Source: Macrostomum lignano (taxonomy: Eukaryota). From it: a stretch of DNA of 64,000 nt. The stretch spans positions 62,001 to 126,000 of the forward strand of contig NIVC01000501.1 in NCBI GenBank assembly GCA_002269645.1, given 5' to 3'. The notes beneath the pieces are model-generated. The model made no database searches. It worked only from the letters and a program-made list of their open reading frames with translations, and was not told where the DNA came from. This document shows positions 1-15,434 of the stretch, in pieces (position 1 is the stretch's first letter; every line of letters starts with the position of its first letter). The position numbers and the translations under genes are program-made.

Positions 1-29
1 CTGTCTGTCTGCCGGTCCCTGAGCCTGAC

Positions 30-1483
30 CTTCAGCCCGATGGCAGCTGACGCGCTCTTGTTACCGGCAGGGGACTCGCACACGGCCACGGGTTTGCCGT
101 CGCGGAACAGCGCGAAGCCGATGTCGCACTCTGACTGCATTGTCTGCAGCTTGTCCTGCGGCATCGGCTGCATCGTGATGTACACGTTGGTCGAGCTTGA
201 CAAACTCAGCGTGTAGTGACTGGACAGCACTTGTCTCTGAGAATTATTCTCGCTGTCCAACAGGTAGAATCCGGTAACGCGACGTTGAGTCCATTTTTTC
301 AAATCGGCCGGCGGCTTGACCGCCTGCGCTCTGGGAGTCCGGCCGCTGCCGATTTGGACCTCCGAGGAGGCGGTGGCGGCTGCGGACGACCCGCCTACTG
401 ACGTCGACGCTTTTTTGCCTCGTCCTCGCGGAATCGGTTTAGGCGATTCGTCCCTTGAGTCCCGGTCTGAGTCCCGATCCCGATCCCGATCCCGATCCCG
501 ATCCCGATCCCGTTTCGAATCCAATCGCCGACTGTCTTCAATCGATTTTCTACTCCGTTTGATGTCGCCCAGCACAAAATCGATGAACTCTTCGTAGTCC
601 AATTTTCCGTCGCCGTTTTTGTCGTACTGGCGGAGCAGCTCCCTGGCCTCCAGCCTGGTGATCGGCTCGCCGCCCGAGCTGAGCATCTGGACGAATTCGT
701 CCAGGGATAAATAGCCGTCCGAGTTGAGGTCGACGGCGTGGAATGCGTCGAGAAGTTCGTCTCGCGTTGTCACGGGCTCTTGGCGACAGACTTCTAGGAA
801 ACTCTGGCGGATAAAGGCAGAATTTCGTAAGAGACATAAGGACATTGGACATGGCTGCGAGAAGGGGGGTCGTAGCCCAGTGGTCTACGTCTACTTGGAG
901 CTATAAATTGGAATGTCTCGAATCTATGAGATCAGCTCGATCTCGTGCGATTACCTTCTTCGAGGGCCAAAATCCAAGGCGCAGTGAAGTTGTAGCAAAT
1001 GACTAACGATAAATAAAGTTTGAGTGTGAGTGCCAGTGTGAGTGGTGTGCCTGTGCGCTTGACTGCGTACGTATCCCGCGCGCTTGTGTGCCTGCTCAGG
1101 GGAGTCGGGGCGCACACATAAATTGCAGGTATAAATTAGCAAGCCAAACACGGGACGATTCAAAAGCTGAAACAAAAAAAATTTTTATTAAAAAAAAATA
1201 AACTCGCCTGCAAATCTACGCCAGTGCGCCTGGAGTTGTGCCGGTCCCAGTACTGCCGCAGGGCCCGCTGGCTGGGGTTGCGGCCCGTCTGCTGGACCAG
1301 CGCCGAAAATTCGTCAAATGTGCGCAGTCGACCTTTTGACCCGTCGCGGCCGACGGCGCTTAGAAAAGCTTGCTCGCAGAATTCCGAGTCGCTGCCGCCT
1401 TCGCCGCCGCTGTCTCGACGCTGATCATCGAAAGATGAGCGCTTGACTCCGCTGCTGCTGTTTTTGCTGTAGAGGCTGGACAT
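30..1483 (-). CDS. EFCAB7: EF-hand calcium-binding domain protein 7; exons 1483-1208 and 803-30, gene continues beyond the left edge
   Basis: Manual translation gives QTGRNPSQRALRQYW (cf. HAGRNPSQKTINKYW in vertebrate EFCAB7, from memory), two EF-hand loops (DLNSDGYLSLDE, DKNGDGKLDYEE) and KKWTQRRVTGFYLLD..SSHYTLSL matching the post-EF region. Both exons are phase 0; first donor is GC (CAG|gcgagt), second is AAG|gtcagg. Confidence 0.85.
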
Positions 1484-4400
1484 GCGGTGTTGCTGAAAAT
1501 AGTTAGAGTATAGAAGCTTTAATTTAATGCTGTAATTAAAATTTAACGCTATCAAAGAACACAGTGAAATTGATTGGCTGATCGAAATAAGAAAAACTTT
1601 TATAGGATTATTTCAGCTTTATGTCAGAGATTTCAATCTGCAATCAAGAAACTGATTTAAAATTTATTAAACAATTATGTGATATTTTCTTATGCTTTTC
1701 TTAAATCTATGTATAAGTGCATAAGTATTTTAGCTCAAAGTTCAAAGTATCAGAAATGCATATTTAGTACTTAGTAATATAGTTTTGAAAGGTTTCTTTT
1801 CAGAAAAAAAAATATCACAATATAGCCATGTTTTCAGTAACAATACAAACGGATTAGGAATTCCCAACGATTCTAATCACGAAGTCTGCATTTTGAAACA
1901 GCTTTAAATATATTTCTAAAAAGTTAAATTTCTAAAGTATTTCGAGTTGTAATATAAAAGTAAATAATTTAACCTTTAACCAGGCTTTTAACACATTCAC
2001 CTGAATAAGTGAAATAGTGAATCACTTCACTATTTTCTATATTTACGAGCAGGATGGATCGAAAGAATGCAAAAAGAAATTCATTTTAATAAACTGAAAA
2101 TAAGTTGTTTACTAGATCATATTTAGTATCGTAAAATTGATTCTTTTCCTTTGTTTCATCAACTTTATATAAACACAAACGCATACACTTAGTCGATTTT
2201 TAAGAAATGTTTTTTTGAAGAGAGTACACTTTGTTTTACTTAGAAACTTTTTACAGATTTTAATCAAGCCGGTGTGCTAAGCAAGAGCTAGCCTGCCTGT
2301 TTGACGTTTTTCTCGTAGTTACCGTGTGTACGGTTGTATAGTATAGGCGATACTATACTATGAGACTGAGCTTTATACTACTACACCAGGGCCTACGCTA
2401 TGCGCCTATGCCTCTCTAGTCTCTATGCCTTGCTGCATATCTCGATGCTATAATGAATTCCCCCAACCAAAATGTTATTGTTTTCACGCTGTAATAGGCC
2501 TAAATAATAATCTTGCTTAGCCTTTTAAACTAAATAGTTAATACTAAAAACTAGGCAAATATATATACTATACTAGTCTTAGTCATTTTGTGAATAGTCA
2601 CTTTATCAATTAACTTAGGCATAGTCCTATAATTATTATTTATTACCCATCCATGAACCCAACAGGCAATATACATTTGCTTTGGACTCCAATTAGTAAT
2701 TCTTGCCAAGAATATTCATATTCATAAATCATAACATAACAATCTACTTAAATGTGTAATTAATGTCCAGAGCAAAGAGGCCGAGACAAGCAAGTGGGCG
2801 ATTGAGGACAGTAGCCAAGCAAGCCCCAAAGCAATTAGGGTCGGGGCAATAGGCCTAAAAAGGGGGCAGCGTGGCAGGTTGTTTAGCCATTAAAAATGGT
2901 TAAAACCCACTTGTTTTACCTGCCCATAAAAATTCATTAATTAAGACTAAGTTACTAAGTATTAAATTATTATCTTCTGTATACTAAAAATGAACCTTGT
3001 TAGCTGACTGACTTTTTGCAAATTTATATTTTTAATGATTTTTCACAAATTCAGGCAAGGCCAAGGGGGATACTTCTTTTCAATAAAAATATTTATTACT
3101 AAAACTTAAAACAAAATTTTGTGCTATATACAATAATAAGCAAGAGCAGAGCATAAGAATTGCCTGCAAATATATTGACTACTGAGTCTAAGATTTGCCT
3201 AGCCTATTGATTGAGATTTATATGCTAAGCTTTTTCTTACCAATATTTGCCATCTATAGACTATAGGGGCCTAGTAAATTTTGCCCATGAATAAATGTGA
3301 GTTCAAATGTGAGTTTTCCACAATTGAATTACCCATCAATACCAAGGTTTGCCTATAGTCTTTTTGCAAGACATTTAGCTATATACTAGCAGATTTACAT
3401 TACCTTTGCCTTTCTAATGCTCAGTAAATCTTAGGTTAGGGCCTGATAAAGAGATTTAAGCCTATCCAATGGCTAGGCTAATCAAAATGTTTTGATAGTA
3501 TAGTATAGTATAATAATTACATATTAAATTCATTTTTTTGTAGGTTTTTATTTCTATATTTTATTTTTAGATCTTATTTCTATTAATTTGTATAGGTTAT
3601 AAAATAATGGTAAGCTGTTAATTTGTACACTATATACCAATACCATTTATAGTTTATATTTCTTAAATCTTTTGATTAAGATTTATGCTTGGCTTGGCCT
3701 ATATTAAGCATAGGAGCAATATAGATAGAATCTAACTGCTGCTTGGCTAAATATAGGCCTACACTATAAGAAAAAAAAATGGCTAGAGTTCTAGCACCGG
3801 AACCTGTTTTCTAATGGCTATGGATCCAGCAGTCTTCTACAGGCAGTTATCTTGTTTTGACTCATTGTTTTAGTTTGATCTTATCTTGAACAAAATCTCA
3901 ATATCAACAACCTGTTAAAAAGTAAAATGTTTCTGCTATATTATACCCACAACTTGCACTATACACTAAAATACCACTGCCAAATTAGGGCCTAAAATCA
4001 GAAAAAGCACTAAAAATTACTATAATGACTCATTTTCTAGGGGGGGGGGGCATATGCCCTTGGTGCCACACAACATGTTTGTTAAAAACATTGTTAGAAA
4101 TTTTATTTGTTAGACTAATAATATATAGTCATATTATCTGTTGCTTTTTTATCTGTTGGTAGACAAAAGACTTTTTGAAAAATTTTTTTTAAATATTGTG
4201 AAGCTTATTTTCATATTAATGTTTGTAAGTCATATAAAAATTATAGTGAGATGCCATTTTTGTATGTTTATATTGTCTAACACAATATTTAAAAAAGTAT
4301 GGCCACCCATTATATTTAAACATTAAAATAAAAAGACAATTTAAATTTTAAATATTTTTCAACCATCATATTTTAATAGATGGCTGAATTTTTTTAAATG

Positions 4401-4661
4401 GAAGATTTTATTATTATTTATTTATTCATTGTTGGATAGATGATTGATAGATAAGTTATTAAAAATATAAAAAATAGTATTAAAAAAGATAAGTTTTAAG
4501 TGTTCAGTGTTAAGCTAGTTTATAGAGAGTTTACACTAGTATTTACCAAATAACTATATTGATTGATATTTGCATGAATTTTATTTTATTCTTTTTTTCC
4601 ACTAGCCTCAATAAAAACAACTATTTTTTTCAGTAAAGTTTTTTAAAATTTACAGATTACA

Positions 4662-7600
4662 ATGCCACTATCTAAGCCTAATATCCAATCAATCACTGAT
4701 GTCTATGACTTGGCGTCAGTCATTGGCAAAGAGTTTGAAATACTCATTGATCAGCATGGGCCAGAATCCCTGTCAGGCCTGATGCCTAAAGTGATTTCAG
4801 CTCTGGAGAATCTAGAATTGCTCACTAGTAGGGCTGAGGCTGCGGCTGATGAGGCAGTGCTATTGCAGCAGCGGATTGATAAGCTGGAGCTGGAGAGGGC
4901 CGCCCGCCTCACTGATAGGGGCCGCTTTGAAAGGGAGATGGAGCAGGTGAGTGTCTTCTCTCGGCGTTTACACACTAAGTGCATGATCCTCAGTTGCTGG
5001 GCCAGCCTCCCAGATCCTCAGTTGGGAGTACGAGATTTGCTAGCAGGAAATCTGCTAGCCGAAGTTTGCTAGCGAGAAATTTGCTTGCCGAAATCTGCTA
5101 GCCGAAGTTTGCTAGCCGAAATCCGCTAGCCGAAATGTGCTAGCCGAAATCTGCTAGCTGAAGTTTGCTAGCAGGAATTTTGCTAGCGAGGATTTTGCTA
5201 GCCGAAATCTGCTAACAGGAATTTTGCTAGCAAGGATTTTGCTAGCTGCCTTGCTCTCGTAGCTGTTGCATGTTATTTGCTGTGTTTTGATTCCGATTTG
5301 AGCTGCTTTGATTTGTACGAGTAAATATATAACTTATATACCATGTACTGCCACTACCAGCCATTAAGACTGAAAGTTGTGTGTATAGATAAGTTTAAAT
5401 TTAACTACCTGAACTACAGCTGCCTGAGCTACCTGAACTATGGCCTTACAGCTGATAATGCAAAAACATTATCAAATGTCTACGAGTAAAATAGGACAAA
5501 AATTATAAATGATTTTGACGATTTCCAAGTGCAGTTTTAGCATATACAGTACTTTAGCATACAGTAACACACATGTTGGTGTACAGTATCTATAGCTAGA
5601 TACATGTATGTCCAAGGTACAATTTACTATCGCTATATGTATTGTTAATGTATAGATATTTTCCATCGCTTACGGCACTGTGTACAAGCAAAATCTCTAT
5701 GCAGGTGTGGCCCACAAGCTCTTACCCTGTGATCATGGATGTAATATATTTACTTTATTCAATAGCTTGTATATGAACTTTTCAATCCACCTACGTTAAA
5801 ACCTAAATATTTTTTTCTTTTTGTCTATGACGTCATCTACTGATTGCGTTTTAACACGTACATGTGTACGAGAACCCACAGCGAAGGCTAGGTGGCAGAT
5901 TAAGTCGTCCAGATTAAGTCGTCCCCACAACAGATTGCCTTCTTAATTTACTCTGACTACCGAGAGCGGGCAAACAAAACAACAGAGCCAACGAACTTGA
6001 AGAATAAAATTAACAAGCACATTTTGTATATAAATTACATTCAGATTCTTGTCGTACGAGTGCTAGCTACAAAGAAATTTCTGATTCAGTAATTTTTAAT
6101 TGCATTATATTACGATACAACAATGCAGGCTGCAATTATTATTATATATTGCAATTTGCAGATCACTGCTAATAAGCACGACAAAGAGAGTCATTGGAGC
6201 GAAAAACGCAAATTTATTTGTCCTGCATGATAAGTCCTGCAAAGTTTCTTGCGAAATTGGACAAGAAAAAATGTCTCTAGCAAATTGCAACTTCGTAAAT
6301 TGCTGTTCGCCGGTTTTGGTTAGATTATCGCTAGCAGAATTCGGCTAGCAAAATCCTCGCTAGCAAAATTCCTGCTAGCAAACTTCGGCTAGCAGATTTC
6401 GGCTAGCACATTTCGGCTAGCGGATTTCGGCTAGCAAACTTCGGCTAGCAGATTTCGGCTAGCAAACTTCGGCTAGCAGATTTCGGCAAGCAAATTTCTC
6501 GCTAGCAAACTTCGGCTAGCAGATTTCCTGCTAGCAAATTTCATAGACCCCCTCAGTTGCTGGGCCAGCCTCCCAAGATTTTCAGTTGCTGAGCCAGCCT
6601 CCCAAGATCTTCAGTTGCTGGGCCAGCCTCCCAGATCCTCAGTTGCTGGGCCAGCCTCCCAGATCCTCAGTTGCTGGGCCAGCCTCCCAGATCCTCAGTT
6701 GCTGGGCCAGCCTCCCAGATCCTCAGTTGCTGGGCCAGCCTCCCAAGATTTTCAGTTGCTGAGCCAGCCTCCCAAGATCTTCAGTTGCTGGGCCAGCCTC
6801 CCAGATCCTCAGTTGTTGGGCCAGCCTCCCAAGATCCTCAGTTGCTGGGCCAGCCTCCCAGATCCCCAGACAGGTATTCTGGCATTCCGAATCACCCAAA
6901 GAGGATATTCCTCATCTCCCAGGCCGATCAGGAGTGGCGCCGCGAGCTGCAGCGCCTTCGCGAAGAGAACAGCAGTCTCAAGCAGGCGCTAAGCGAAGCT
7001 CGCCGAGGGAACTCATCCTCGGCCTCCGAGCAGTCGGCCGGTTCCGCAACCTCATCGCCTGTCCAGCATCGTCAACAACAGCAGCATTTGCTCATCGTTG
7101 CCAGGCTAAAATCGGCGCTAAACGCCCAGCGCGACGAGACTCGAATTCTGAGGCGCGAACTGGCCAACAGCCGGGCCGACTGCGAGGCCCTGCAAGCTCA
7201 GAGTGACCGCCTAGCCAGCCTCAATGCCGATTTGATGAAGCGGCTTAGCAAGTCTGTGCGCCGCGGCGGCGGCGGTGGCGTGGGCGATTTGGAAGATAAA
7301 TTTTGTGATGATCGATCCGATTCTGACAGCAGCGACTGTCAGCCTGAACTGCATCGCGGTGATGCCGATATGGTTGTGAGTGCGCTTGCGCTACTTGACT
7401 TTTGATCTTTGCCGCCCCAATTATAATCTCATTCATTCTTTGATCTTTGCCGCCTCAATTATACTCTCATTCATCCTTTGATCTTTGCCGCCCCAATTAT
7501 AAACCCATTCTTTCTTTGATCTATGCCGCCTCAATTGTAATCTCATTCATCCTTTGATCTTTGCCGCCCCAATTATAATCCCATTAATTCTTTGATCTTT

Positions 7601-10385
7601 GCCGCCCTAATTATAATTCCATTCATTTTTTGTTCTTTAATATTTCAATCCACCCATCTCACTCATGCTCTAAAACCGCAAATACTACAAAATACATTTT
7701 TATATATAATATGTGATAGTCTTAACGAACACTTTGCAGGCCTCTTCATTGAGCCAGCTGTCTTTTTCGCCACAGCAGCCTCAGAAACAACAGCAGCAGA
7801 AGATGCAGCAGCAGCAGCAGGAGGAGCAGCAGCAGGTTTCAGACGCATCTTCGAACTCTCTCGATCCAAACCGGCCTCGTTTCACCCTGGCCGAGCTTCG
7901 GGCCGTCCTAGCCGAGCGAAACGAACTCAAAGCTCGCCTATTAGAAGCAGAAGAGGAACTAGCAGAGGCTTACCGCCAGGGTGCTGCACGGCAGACATCC
8001 TCTATCGAGGAGGATCCATCGAATTCCACGCCGCTATCCGGTTTCGAAGTTATTTCGTCGTCAAGTTTCTATCAAGCTTTACCGTCTGCTCCGTTACTAG
8101 GAGGGGAGCCCGGCGTCGGTTTAACGTCTCAGGCCTCGCCGGCGCCTGCGCGACACGATTGCAGAGCGTCGGGCGCCGAAAAAAATGACGGCGGCGGTTC
8201 AAACGGAGATGCTTCTAATCAAAAGAGCAACAGCAGCGATTTAGGCATAAAATACTTGTAAGTCTTTATTTGCTACTTCTAAATTGTGTTAAGTAGTATG
8301 ATGAGCAATTCTATTTGAAAAACTTTCCGTTCGAATTTTAATGCTTATCATCACAATTTTGCTAAAGCTCTTCTCTCTGACCGGTATTTCAGTCTTAATT
8401 AGTTAAATCGATAAATGATCGTTCTTATTTTAGCCGATATGTATCGAAAAAGAGTATAAATGATACTTTTTAGCCAAAATGTTTGGAAGATTTATTGATC
8501 AATTTAAATTTTAGCCGATATTTATCGAAAAACGCTATAAATAATCTTTTATTATTATTATTATTAATTTTAGTTTTTGCCGATATGTATCGAAAGATTC
8601 TAAAAGTGGCCAAATTGAAAATCTATTTTAATTCGATCACAAATATGATTTCAATAACTATTACGCTATTAGAGTTTCAACAATCAACAATACGCGCCAA
8701 TACTTTTGTACATGATTTTGCTATACCGATATGTATCGAATAAGTTTATTACTATCAATTAACTAATTCTTATTGCAGAATAGTGCGCCTGATTTGCCAC
8801 CTGCGCAGGAGATTAAGGCGTCGCCGAAGTTGGGCCTAAGTTTGCTATGTACTTTTTTGACGAATAATTTTTTAGTTGTGAAATTTTTACCACGCTTGTT
8901 TGTTGTGTGATTTTATAGTCTTAGCATTTTTAGCACTGCCACTTTCTTGGCCGGTCTTTCTATTGTGTCTCAAACAATTTTTAACTGTTGCCAGTAACTT
9001 AATAATTTTTTACTGTTTCTTTTTTAATACCGAATACACTTCTTAAAGTTTCCATTTTTATAAATATAAATAAATATCTGTTGCATTTCAGTAGGTGAGC
9101 AGTAGTTAGTTGCCGTCTTTTAATAAATGATATTTTTTATTGATGAATTCGAGCTCTAATTATCACTCTTGTTTTATGTCACTAGGGATAGAAGGGCTAC
9201 TTTACCTGAGATTATGGAGGGTAGAAGGGCTGCTCTACCTGAGATTAGGGAGGGTAGAAGGGCTGCTCTACCTGAGATTGGGGAGGGTAGAAGGGCTGCT
9301 CTACCTGAGATTAGGGAGGGTAGAAGGGCTGCTCTACCTGAGATTGGGGAGGGTAGAAGGGCTGCTCTACCTGAGATTGGGGAGGGTAGAAGGGCTGCTC
9401 TACCTGAGATTGGGGAGGGTAGAAGGGCTGCTCTACCTGAGATTAGGGAGGGTAGAAGGGCTGCTCTACCTGAGATTAGGGAGGGTAGAAGGGCTGCTCT
9501 ACCTGAGATTAGAGAGGGTAGAAGGGCTGCTCTACCTGAGATTAGGGAGGGTAGAAGGGCTGCTCTACCTGAGATTATGGAGGGTAGAAGGGCTGCTCTA
9601 CCTAAGATAAGGGGGTGGGTAGAAGGGCTGCTCTGCCTTACTTGAGATTGGGGAGGGTAGAAGGGCTGCTCTACTTGAGATTGGGGAGGGTAGAAGGGCT
9701 GCTCTACCTGAGATAAGGGGGTGGGTAGAAGGGCTGCTCTACCTGAGATAAGGGGGGTTGAAGGGCTGCTCTACCTGAGATAAGGGGGGTTGAAGGGCTG
9801 CTCTACCTGAGATAAGGGGGAGGGGGTTGAAGGGCTGATCTACCTGAGATAAGGGGGAGGGGGTTGAAGGGCTGCTCTACCTGAGATTGGGGAGGGTAGA
9901 AGGGCTGCTCTACCTGAGATAAGGGGGAGGGGGTTGAAGGGCTGCTCTACTTGAGATTGGGGAGGGTAGAAGGGCTGCTCTACCTGAGATAAGGGGGTGG
10001 GTAGAAGGGCTGCTCTACCTGAATGGACAGCTCAGGTACAGATACAGATCATTATAAACATAAATTACGAGCGTAACTCTTGAAAAAATGTCGGTATTTA
10101 TTGGCCTTCTTACAGTAGTTTGTACACTTTTTACAGTAGTTTTTAACTTTACATTTATAATGCTTTATCAGGAAGGTTTTATTGGCACATTTTTATCATC
10201 GCTAATATATTGCTGTCATTTGTTGCAGTTTCCAACGCTTTTTTGGCACCGGAAGTTCCTCCTCTTCTTCGCCGACCCATGCCGCCCCCTCGGCGTCCAC
10301 GTTGCCAATGACGCCCTTGAATGGCGACAGCGGCGCTATACCAGCTCATCTGCTAACTATGGACTTTTCTTCTAAGCCAGTTTGA
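4662..10385 (+). CDS. RILPL1: RILP-like protein (RH1 and RH2 domains); exons 4662-4946, 6923-7375, 7740-8257, 10229-10385
   Basis: RH1: DVYDLASVIGKEFEILIDQHG..LMPKVISALENLE. RH2: DPNRPRFTLAELRAVLAERNELK. Joining exon 3 (phase 2) to 10229 gives GIKYFFQRFF, typical of RILP-family tails. All junctions are GT-AG and in frame. RILPL1 versus RILPL2/RILP orthology is not resolved. Confidence 0.85.
5025..6549. mobile_element. Non-autonomous foldback/Mutator-like DNA element in RILPL intron 1
   Basis: About 220-bp terminal inverted repeats (5025-~5245 and ~6325-6549) built from ~14-bp GCTAGC subrepeats. Termini GGAGTACGAGATTTGCTAGC / GCTAGCAAATTTCATAGACC. 9-bp direct repeat CCTCAGTTG at 5016-5024 and 6550-6558. 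No transposase ORF inside. Confidence 0.8.
6550..6866 (+). repeat. 28-bp minisatellite GATCCTCAGTTGCTGGGCCAGCCTCCCA (first part of the array at 4984-5024, split by the foldback element)
   Basis: Tandem copies read directly; same unit at 14145-14520 and 63355-63965. Confidence 0.95.
7401..7620. repeat. ~39-bp minisatellite in RILPL intron 2
   Basis: Repeated TTTGATCTTTGCCGCCCCAATTATAATCTCATTCATTC-like units. Confidence 0.85.
9195..10020. repeat. 33-bp G-rich minisatellite in RILPL intron 3
   Basis: Unit GAGATTAGGGAGGGTAGAAGGGCTGCTCTACCT; explains the 11-aa repeat ORFs at 9140/9169. Confidence 0.95.
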
Positions 10386-10511
10386 TGTGTACAATGGATC
10401 TACTGGTTTTCAATGATTGATTATTCATTTTCTGTGCAATTTTATAGTACAGAATGGTTTCAAACTTTCATCAATTGAATGCATCATTCTAATTAAAATG
10501 CCATTAAAAGC

Positions 10512-11040
10512 TGTTTGGCAGTTATTAGCATACCGGAAGTAGCTGTTTTGCAGTTATTAGCATACCGGAAGTAGCTGTTTGGCAGTTATTAGCATACCGG
10601 AAGTAGCTGTTTGGCAGTTATTAGCATACCGGAAGTAGCTGTTTGGCAGTTATTAGCATACCGGAAGTAGCTGTTTGGCAGTTATTAGCATACCGGAAGT
10701 AGCTGTTTGGCAGTTATTAGCATACCGGAAGTAGCTGTTTGGCAGTTATTAGCATATCGGAAGTAGCTGTTTGGCAGTTATTAGCATACCGGAAGTAGCT
10801 GTTTGGCAGTTATTAGCATACCGGAAGTAGCTGTTTGGCAGTTATTAGCATACCGGAAGTAGCTGTTTGGCAGTTATTAGCATACCGGAAGTAGCTGTTT
10901 GGCAGTTATTAGCATACCGGAAGTAGCTGTTTGGCAGTTATTAGCATACCGGAAGTAGTTGTTTGGCAGTTATTAGCCTACCAGAAGTAGCTATTTGGCA
11001 GTTGTTAGCATACCGGAAGTAGCTGTTTAGCAGTTATTAA
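10512..11040. repeat. 32-bp minisatellite, each unit containing ACCGGAAGT (ETS consensus)
   Basis: 16 units at 32-bp period starting at 10532; 14 carry a perfect ACCGGAAGT. Confidence 0.95.
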
Positions 11041-11539
11041 ATTTCCTTAGTGATAGGTTGGTAGTTCTCAATACTCTAAAAATCTAATCAGATTTATTTT
11101 ACTGCAAATTGATCAATATTTTTGTGTTTTATTTATTTGACTGAAATTAATTTTACTGGGTTTTGATAATCCTCTCTGCATTTCGTGTGTTGCAACAATG
11201 TGCCTGAGTAATTTCCCCTAAGAATTACTTGCTTCAATATTTTGTAAATTGAAATTATTCATTTTTTCATTATGCATGCGATTTAAAATTGTTTTTTTAG
11301 CTTCTGTTTGTAATTGATTGAGCAGCGTTTACACTAACCCAATGGTGCTATTAATTAGGTTTCCATCAAGTTTTCAAACCAATACATAATTGAATAGCAT
11401 ATTTTAATTAAGAATATAATCTTGCCTGAGCCCACAGACTCAGATTCTATTCAGAATGTTTAAAAATAAACTAAATTACTCATTTTTGTTCTTAGAAGGC
11501 TAACTCCTTTCCAGCTGATTAATCTTATCTCACCTACCA

Positions 11540-12040
11540 ATTACGAGCTATCTGCTGGCCTGACTGTTATTTCACCTGCCAATTATCTGCTGGCCTGACT
11601 GTTATTTCATTTGCCAATTATCTGCTGGCCTGACTGTTATCTCACCTGCCAATTATCTGCTGGCCTGACTCTTATCTCACCTGTCACTTATCTGCTGACC
11701 TGACTGTTATCTCACCTGCCAATTATCTGCTAGCCTGACTGTTATCTCACCTACCAATTATCTGCTGGCCCGACTCATCTCACCTGCCAATTACGAGCTA
11801 TCTGCTGGCCTGACTGTTATCTCACCTGCCAATATCTGCTGGCCTGACTGTTATCTCACCTGCCAATATCTGCTGGCCTGACTGTTATCTCACCTGCCAA
11901 TATCTGCTGACCTGACTGTTATCTCACCTGCCAATTATCTGCTGACCTGACTCATCTCACCTGCCAATTATCTGCTGACCTGACTGTTATCTCACCTGCC
12001 AATTATCTGCTGGCCTGACTGTTATCTCACCTGAACATTA
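11540..12040. repeat. ~35-bp minisatellite
   Basis: Unit CTCACCTGCCAATTATCTGCTGGCCTGACTGTTAT. Confidence 0.9.
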
Positions 12041-12177
12041 TCTTTACTTGTCGTTCTTATCTTGAAGTTTTTTTTTCCCCACCATTACTTCATAGCCATA
12101 GTGGTCTTTAAATTTCATCTAACTTATTGCAGATAGTACAATTATTTTTTCTACATGTATATTTTCCTGGCTTGCAG

Positions 12178-15388
<3,211 letters not shown>

Positions 15389-15434
15389 CCCCTTTTAACT
15401 CGCTTATGTTACGGAATTTGTGGATTTTATGGAA

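Noticed and set aside
470-515. (GATCCC)n hexamer giving an RS-repeat ORF on the plus strand
   Set aside because: It is the antisense of an RD-repeat linker within EFCAB7 exon 2.
8400-8640. Several tttag|ccgatatgtatcgaaa acceptor-like units as RILPL terminal exons
   Set aside because: They are a short degenerate repeat in AT-rich intron; the exon at 10229 gives the family-like FFQRFF tail.
10512-11040. CRISPR-like appearance of 28-37-bp repeats here and elsewhere
   Set aside because: Units are directly adjacent with no unique spacers, no cas genes are present, and the context is eukaryotic.
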